NCBI GenBank assembly: GCA_951406725.2
Contig: OX597819.1
Span: 18,166,001-18,230,000 of the forward strand
Source: Octopus vulgaris
Lineage: Eukaryota
Direction: 5' to 3'
Length of the DNA stretch: 64,000 bases
The notes beneath the pieces are model-generated. The model worked only from the letters and a program-made list of their open reading frames with translations. It was not told where the DNA came from and ran no database searches. Of this stretch, positions 57,870 to 64,000 are shown in pieces. Each line of letters begins with the position of its first letter. Position 1 is the first letter of the stretch. Position numbers and translations under genes: made by a program.

Positions 57870-59460
57870 CTATATCCAGCCTGACGATATCGTTTTTTGC
57901 TATTTTTTGCGGGATGATTCTTGTATTGTAACTGTTGTCCTGGCTTTGGCAAATATTGTTTTCTTTTGTCAATTAGACAGTTGACACAATGATCAAATAT
58001 TAATAACGTGGGTGAAATCGTAAATACACCCTTATTTAAAATAGGTAAACTCATTTCCGATTCTACTTCTAGTTTGTATTCATTTACCTGTTTTTGTCTC
58101 CCCTAATCCTGTCGGAATTTTTAGTTCTGCACTTAATTTTTTTATATTGGCCGACTCCATTCAGAAAAGTACTTTAATCAAAATCTTGTTTTATTTTTGT
58201 ATGAATATTTCTATTCAATTTTTACTACTTTATATGTTTTCATGGAAAAATTATTTTATAATAATTTTCATGTTGAGGAAAAGCACCGCTTCCTTGTAAC
58301 CCTGTATGTATAATTTATATCAGATTCTTTCGAATTTCCTTCCAGCCTGTGTTGGTCAGAAATTCTTGACTCTACAATTCTTGTATTACACGAAGTGCCT
58401 TACAATTTTCTCACTCTGTATTTCGCGGGAAATTCATGTTACTTTGTAAATATTTCAGTATCAATTTTGGTGCATTTTTTCCCTCAGTTCCGATATTTTT
58501 TCATGTCGCCATTTTTCTATAGTATATGATTCAACAATTACTATTTTCTCAACATTTCCCTAGAATTTTTTTTTAACGAAGGTAATCTAAATTGTTCCAG
58601 CAACCCTCCCTTAAATAACCTTTATGTCTTGCAGTTGTTTTCGTCTGAACCGAGTTGTTGGTACGAACTATTTGCGATTTATCGAGGATCCCTTGCCTTA
58701 CATCTTTCATTTCCTCTATAATTTTTTTTGTTAACTCGTATTTCGTTGGAATTTCTTATTTTTTGTTCTAGAATGTTCTTTTCTTATTACATTTCGTTAT
58801 ATGAAATATTACTTTTATTTGATATCTTTGTCTGTATATTTGTCTCCCACAATGTTTGCCTGGGTTTAAATGTCGTTATATTATGTTTTCAGGAAGTATC
58901 TACTTTTCTATCTGACTACTCCGCTGCTACACACTTAATTGGCCAACCAGATTGATATTACCTTCTGTCTACGCTTGTTTGCCTACTCTTATTGCTGTTT
59001 CTATGCTATTGTTAAATTTAGTCCATAGGAAGATATTCTATTGATTTTAATGCTTACCAATTTCTACGTTTACGTTATTGGCATGTTCAACATATCCAGT
59101 TTTAGAACTTTCTATTCTTAGAAATATTTTGCTGGTCAATATTCTGTAGTCATGCTGGGTTTTCGTTTGCTTGTCTTTTTATATTTCGGTTTGTTATGCT
59201 TGTATTTTATTATTCTGTTTGTTCTGCCTGTCCTAACTCTATCTCTCTCATTTATCTTTTCAATATTTTTAATTTTAAGAAGTGTTTTTACTTTTCTTCT
59301 TTTCTCTATGCAATTCTTCGCTATTTGTATTTTCATTATGTTTCCTTCCTCTAACATTCTTTATGTCCATATAATCCGGAAAGATTATTACTACGACTAT
59401 AAATTCTGAAATTTCCCAGTCGAGGGGTTGGCAATGTTAATTTGATACTCAAGTTGTTTT
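57870..59460 (-). mobile_element. Possible very old RT-encoding (Penelope-like) relic
   Basis: Strong T-rich/A-rich strand asymmetry. Weak minus-strand patches GLQGS (~G.PQGS) and KLEVESEMSLPIL (~F.E.E...LPFLD). Confidence 0.3.
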
Positions 59461-59530
59461 CACTTGAGATGCAATACTTACATGCACTCGTAGTTTCTCT
59501 CTGAGTGGAGAGTAAAAGTCATATATATAT

Positions 59531-59686
59531 GTGGCTGTGTGGTAAGTAGCTTGCTTACCAACCACATGGTTTCGGGTTCAGTCCTACTGCGTGGCATCTT
59601 GGGCAAGTGTCTTATATTATAGCCTCGGGTCGACCAAACCCTTGTGAGTGGATTTGGTAGACAGAAACTGAAAGAAGCCCGTTGTA

Positions 59687-59764
<78 letters not shown>

Positions 59765-59966
59765 CTTGTGTTTGCCCCAAAAAAAACATCGATTGACAAC
59801 CGGTGCTGGTGTGTTTACATCCCCATAACTTAGCCGTTTGACAAAAGAGACCAATAGAATAAGTACCAGGCTTACAAAGAATAAGTCCTGGGGTCGATTC
59901 GCTCGACTAAAGGCGGTGCTCCAGCATGGTCACAGCGAAATGACTGAAACAAGTAAAAGAGTAAAA
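59531..59966 (+). mobile_element. Family A SINE
   Basis: Colinear with 7487-7906. Confidence 0.9.
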
Positions 59967-60000
59967 TATAAAAGTGTATATATATATATATATATATATA

Positions 60001-60170
60001 CTTTATTAAAAAAGCATTAAAAATATAACTAAACCTGTTACTCAGAGTTTTACGCTCCCGTTCGTCGGATAGTTATGTTTACAATGTATCTAAACATGAC
60101 TGTTCGACGAACTGGAATGAGAGAATCTGAGTAACAGCTTTCGTGATAATTTTGATGCATTTTAATAAAG
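60001..60170. repeat. ~80-bp imperfect inverted repeat with hammerhead-like arms
   Basis: Arms 60001-60081 and 60091-60170 are complementary. Confidence 0.85.
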
Positions 60171-60242
60171 GATATTACTCTACCTCTGGTATTCGAGTAC
60201 TATTTTTTTCCACCTTGTTTCGCATGTATGTGCTTACTCTGG

Positions 60243-60314
<72 letters not shown>

Positions 60315-60410
60315 ATAACAAAGGGTAAAATTAATTAATTAAGAAGTAATCAGTAATTTAACCAAGCAGAATTCGGCATGAAAAAGACCATTTCATGGTA
60401 AGCTTAACTA

Positions 60411-60574
60411 ATACTTTATAAATAGGGTTCAGCAACGATTTGCTTCACCACGTACTGAAGTTTAGAAATAGCAGTCAAAAAAGTAGAAGGAATAGCTAAG
60501 ATTTTTTTGACTGCTATTTCTAAACTTCGGTATGTGGTGAAGCAAATCGTTGCTGAACTCTATTTATAAAGTAT
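60411..60574. repeat. 72-bp near-perfect inverted repeat with 20-nt loop
   Basis: Arms 60411-60482 and 60503-60574 show 3 non-Watson-Crick positions. Confidence 0.95.
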
Positions 60575-61193
60575 ATATATATATATATAAATATTTGAGT
60601 TTAGAAACGTATCCCACTCATATTCTTCTTTAAATTCAATTCAATTTATTTATTTACTTTTTTGTTTTCAAGTCTCTTAGACTCAGATGTGTTTGCTTAT
60701 AGTCATTCTCTTGTGGTAGCTGGTTACGGGTTCGTTAGCGCCTTTACACGAATTGTGAGAGCGGTTAAGTTGTACGAACATTAAGATGAAACAATTTATA
60801 AAAGACAAACATAAATAACAGTTAATTTACACGTTTGTATGCGACGTACACAAGTGACCTTCAAACTAATGTTTGGTTAAAAAGGCTTTGCTATTTAGTT
60901 TCATCATTTTTTTTTGTTCTCCATTCAAATTCAACGAAGTAACAAAATTGCCTTTAATCGTTCGTGGTTTTAAAACAAAAATACCATAAAATATGTTCGG
61001 TTCTCTCGACTGCACTCAACACCAATATTTTTTTCCTGGATGCAAAATTTAGAGTTGACAATATAATCTTGATGCACAGATTCAGAGGAAAATTATATTC
61101 TCTTTTCTGAGTCTCAAAACATTTAAAGAGCTATTAAACATAGCTACATCAACTAGTAACGTGTTTAATGTTTTACTACTACTACTACTACTG

Positions 61194-61242
<49 letters not shown>

Positions 61243-61327
61243 CTCTACTACTACTGCTACTACTACTAATAATAATAAAAAGTTAAGATTATTTTATTAT
61301 TATTATTATTATCATTATTATTATAGC

Positions 61328-61590
61328 CACTGGACTATATATTGGTGTGCTGGGAACAGTAAGCCAATTTATAGACCAGTGGCTGAGGGAGATTGGAATA
61401 CAATTCCCAGTAGAACTCCCAGAGAAAGTTTGACTCTTTGGGACAGTAAAGGTTATCAGGAGGGTTGTAAGCACTTGAAAGATTGCTGAAAACTTCTGAA
61501 TACCTAAGGTTACTGGTAGTAACCTGCTATCCACTTAAACGCTGCCAGGAATAAGAGCAAATCTGAGTGAAACCAAAATACATAAATAAA
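61328..61590 (+). mobile_element. R4/Dong extreme 3' fragment
   Basis: IGVLG...WLREIGIQFPVELPEKV*LFGTVKVIRRVV, then a UTR ending in (TAAA)n. Confidence 0.7.
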
Positions 61591-61599
61591 TAAAAAATA

Positions 61600-61733
61600 A
61601 CCCCTTCTTTTATAGTCACAAGGACTGAAATTTGTGGGGAGCAGGTAAGTCAATCACATCGACCCCAGTACCTGACTGGTACTTATTTTATCGAACCCGA
61701 AAGAATGAAAGGTAAAGTCGGCCTCGACGGAAT
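61600..61733 (-). mobile_element. Family B SINE fragment (similar fragments at 62020-62150 minus and 62813-62990 plus)
   Basis: catcgaccccagt...ctggtacttattttatcga...gaaaggtaaagtcggcctc. Confidence 0.75.
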
Positions 61734-61735
61734 TA

Positions 61736-61796
<61 letters not shown>

Positions 61797-61887
61797 TGAT
61801 GATGATGATGATGATAATAGCAGCACAAAGATCATTAACAACAACAACAACAACAACAATTACAGCGAAAACAACAACAACAATGAT

Positions 61888-62010
61888 AGCAAATACCAAA
61901 CTTCATAGGAAGTCTTCAGTTGGCAGCAATACTTGGAGCTGCTCGTGAGATGAGGTAAGTGCTGCGTTTCTGAGCTGCGGGAAGGAGATAAGACATGACA
62001 TAGATGTGAA
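61888..62010 (+). mobile_element. R4/Dong extreme 3' fragment after triplet tract
   Basis: SLQLAAILGAAREMR*VL resembles IQKIVLMGTAHILRKIL of copies A-C. Confidence 0.55.
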
Positions 62011-62250
62011 CAAAAATATTAATTCTTTCTAAGTTTGGCACAAGTCCATCAATCTTGATGGAAGTGTGTAATCCATTACATCGACCCCAGTGCTTGACTG
62101 GTATTTATTTAATCGACCCTGAAAGAATGGAAAGCGAAGTTGACTTCAGCGACCGTAGATCTTAAATGCCACTAAGTACAGTGCCCGATGCAACAACAAA
62201 TCTACCAGTTCGTGGTATTATTATTATTATTAGTAGTATTTTAATTACTA

Positions 62251-62800
62251 TGTCAGGTCACTTTCGAGGGCTACTGATAACATGTAACCCAGTACAACCT
62301 GTTACATGGTCGGGTCATCGGCGACTAAAGCGGCAGCCCCACCAAGCTTGCTTGGTGTTTATTGGACACCCTGCGGGATGAAAAACAAAACCCGTCACGT
62401 CAAAGGGCGGAGGAACTCTTGAGAGTCAACGACCATCCAATAAATGTCTTAAGGCTGTATCATACGTGGGGACATAGAAATAATCGGATTGAATACCCGA
62501 TCGCGCGGTTAAACCATTGGGAGTGAAGGACTCTTAGCCTTTGTTAGGGCATCCTTCTAGGAGAAGGTGACCCAGGTAACTGGGATAACTCCGACATAAA
62601 ACCTGCGGCTCAGTGGTTACCGATGATGTTGATTTTTTCTTCTTTTCGGATTATGGCTGCTGTTGCTTAGTGAGTGGGATTGACTGCGTGCACAGCCTTT
62701 CCTCATTTAAAAACAAATCTTGTTGCACAGGCATTGCACGATAACAACATTGATAAAGCTTCGTGCAATGGCCATACTCGATAACGAGGGGGCAGCCACC
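62251..62800 (+). mobile_element. GC-richer ~550-bp RTE-derived non-autonomous element or RTE 5' UTR
   Basis: gggcatccttctaggagaagg...aactccgacataaaacc (62547-62603) resembles the conserved RTE/BovB 5'-UTR motif as recalled. No ORF. Confidence 0.55.
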
Positions 62801-63296
62801 ATTTTAATTATAAAGGCGTCGAGCTTATAGAAGCGATAGCAGGCCAGGATAAATAGCTGTATATTGGTCGTCTAAGTTTCTGAGCTCAAATTCTGCCGAG
62901 GGTCTGCATTGTCTTCCACCCCTCGCAATCGATAAAATGGCTAGCACTCAAGAACTAGGGTCAACGTAGTCGACTCCCTCTTTTCCCCTCGAAAAATTAT
63001 TAATATAATCGTGCGAATCAACGCATGAAGTTTGGTGGAAGTGATTTGACGATTACATCAATCTCATTTCTTCATTTCTTTAACCGGAAAAATATGCGAG
63101 GCATTTTCTCAGTCTACTAATTCTATGCTTATCTATATGAAACGTGTCACTTTCTGTTGTCTTTTTGTTAATATTGAGATTGGTCGTGGATGAGCCAACG
63201 TTACAGGACAACATAATGGATTCTGTCGATCCCATTTAATACAGTAGAGTCAGAATTGAGTGCAACATATCTGGCAGAAGCTTTGGTACACTCGCC

Positions 63297-63329
<33 letters not shown>

Positions 63330-63375
63330 GATATTTATAATGAAATCCGCATTGCATTATCACATACATACATAC

Positions 63376-63578
63376 AATTGTCACATATTTTTGAAAGAAT
63401 TTAACAAAACTGCGAGGATCCATTTTGTATAGGTTAGCGAGTACATTTACACATAATCGATCATAATAGATATTTAATGATTCTGCAGCGGAGATCAATA
63501 AAAAAGTGAACTGGTTATATAAGAGCTTGGAATTGTTGTTCGTGAGAGAGTGAAACGGGAAATAGTTTAACATGTCTA
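63376..63578 (-). CDS. Candidate exon 1 (internal) of minus-strand SAPS-like gene (DMLNYFPFHSLTNNNSKLLYNQFTFLLISAAESLNIYYDRLCVNVLANLYKMDPRSFVKFFQKYVTI)
   Basis: Strong acceptor ccttccttacag and donor ATT|gtatgt. 203 nt, open, phase 1 to phase 0. Complex sequence set between microsatellites. Confidence 0.7.
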
Positions 63579-63882
63579 CTGTAAGGAAGGATTATATATC
63601 TATGTGTGTCCATGTGTGTATGTGTGTGTGTATCACATACGGGTAATTACGTACGCAGCGATACAGACACTCTACGTACCGACACACATACATGCAAGCA
63701 ATCACACGCAAAAGACATGTGAGTGTGCATGTGTAAGCGAGCGGATGTATGGTTACATATACACATGTACATGAGATTGTGTGTGTGTGTGTGTGTAGGA
63801 TTTTAGAAATCAAATAGATAATATGTTGAAACATCGTATATCTGTGTGAATGGTAGCGATAAATATTTCATTCAATTTTAAA

Positions 63883-63951
<69 letters not shown>

Positions 63952-64000
63952 TGTGTGTGAGCCTTTATGCTTTCACACACGCGCGTGCGCGCACACATAT

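Noticed and set aside
62365-62450. Possible HDV-like ribozyme
   Set aside because: Only partial P1/P4-like pairing; P3/L3 and J4/2 could not be assigned.

Overview
AT-rich eukaryotic, repeat-dominated DNA. The tRNA-Arg-headed OR1/OR2-type SINEs and extreme microsatellite load point to a coleoid cephalopod, probably Octopus (inference). Almost all ORFs in the supplied track are microsatellite read-through. Supported content: (1) three phase-compatible minus-strand exon candidates (63376-63578, 17697-17841, 5053/5024-5154) whose joined peptide resembles a divergent SAPS/PP6-regulatory-subunit domain, which would make most of the window intronic; (2) a ~13.5-kb head-to-tail array of R4/Dong-clade RLE non-LTR retrotransposons sitting in (AAT)n-derived tracts, including one near-full-length disabled copy, two young 5'-truncated copies, older subfamilies and a 2.8-kb compound (AAT)n array; (3) Tx1-like LINE pieces in (ATCT)n and Penelope-like fragments in (TA)n, one carrying a complete type I hammerhead ribozyme motif (42077-42181); (4) mariner/Tc1 fossils, MITEs, RTE relics and several SINE families; (5) long inverted repeats and a templated-insertion duplication. 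No intact autonomous element, rRNA, bona fide tRNA or CRISPR array was seen. All family assignments are by-eye motif recognition, not database searches.
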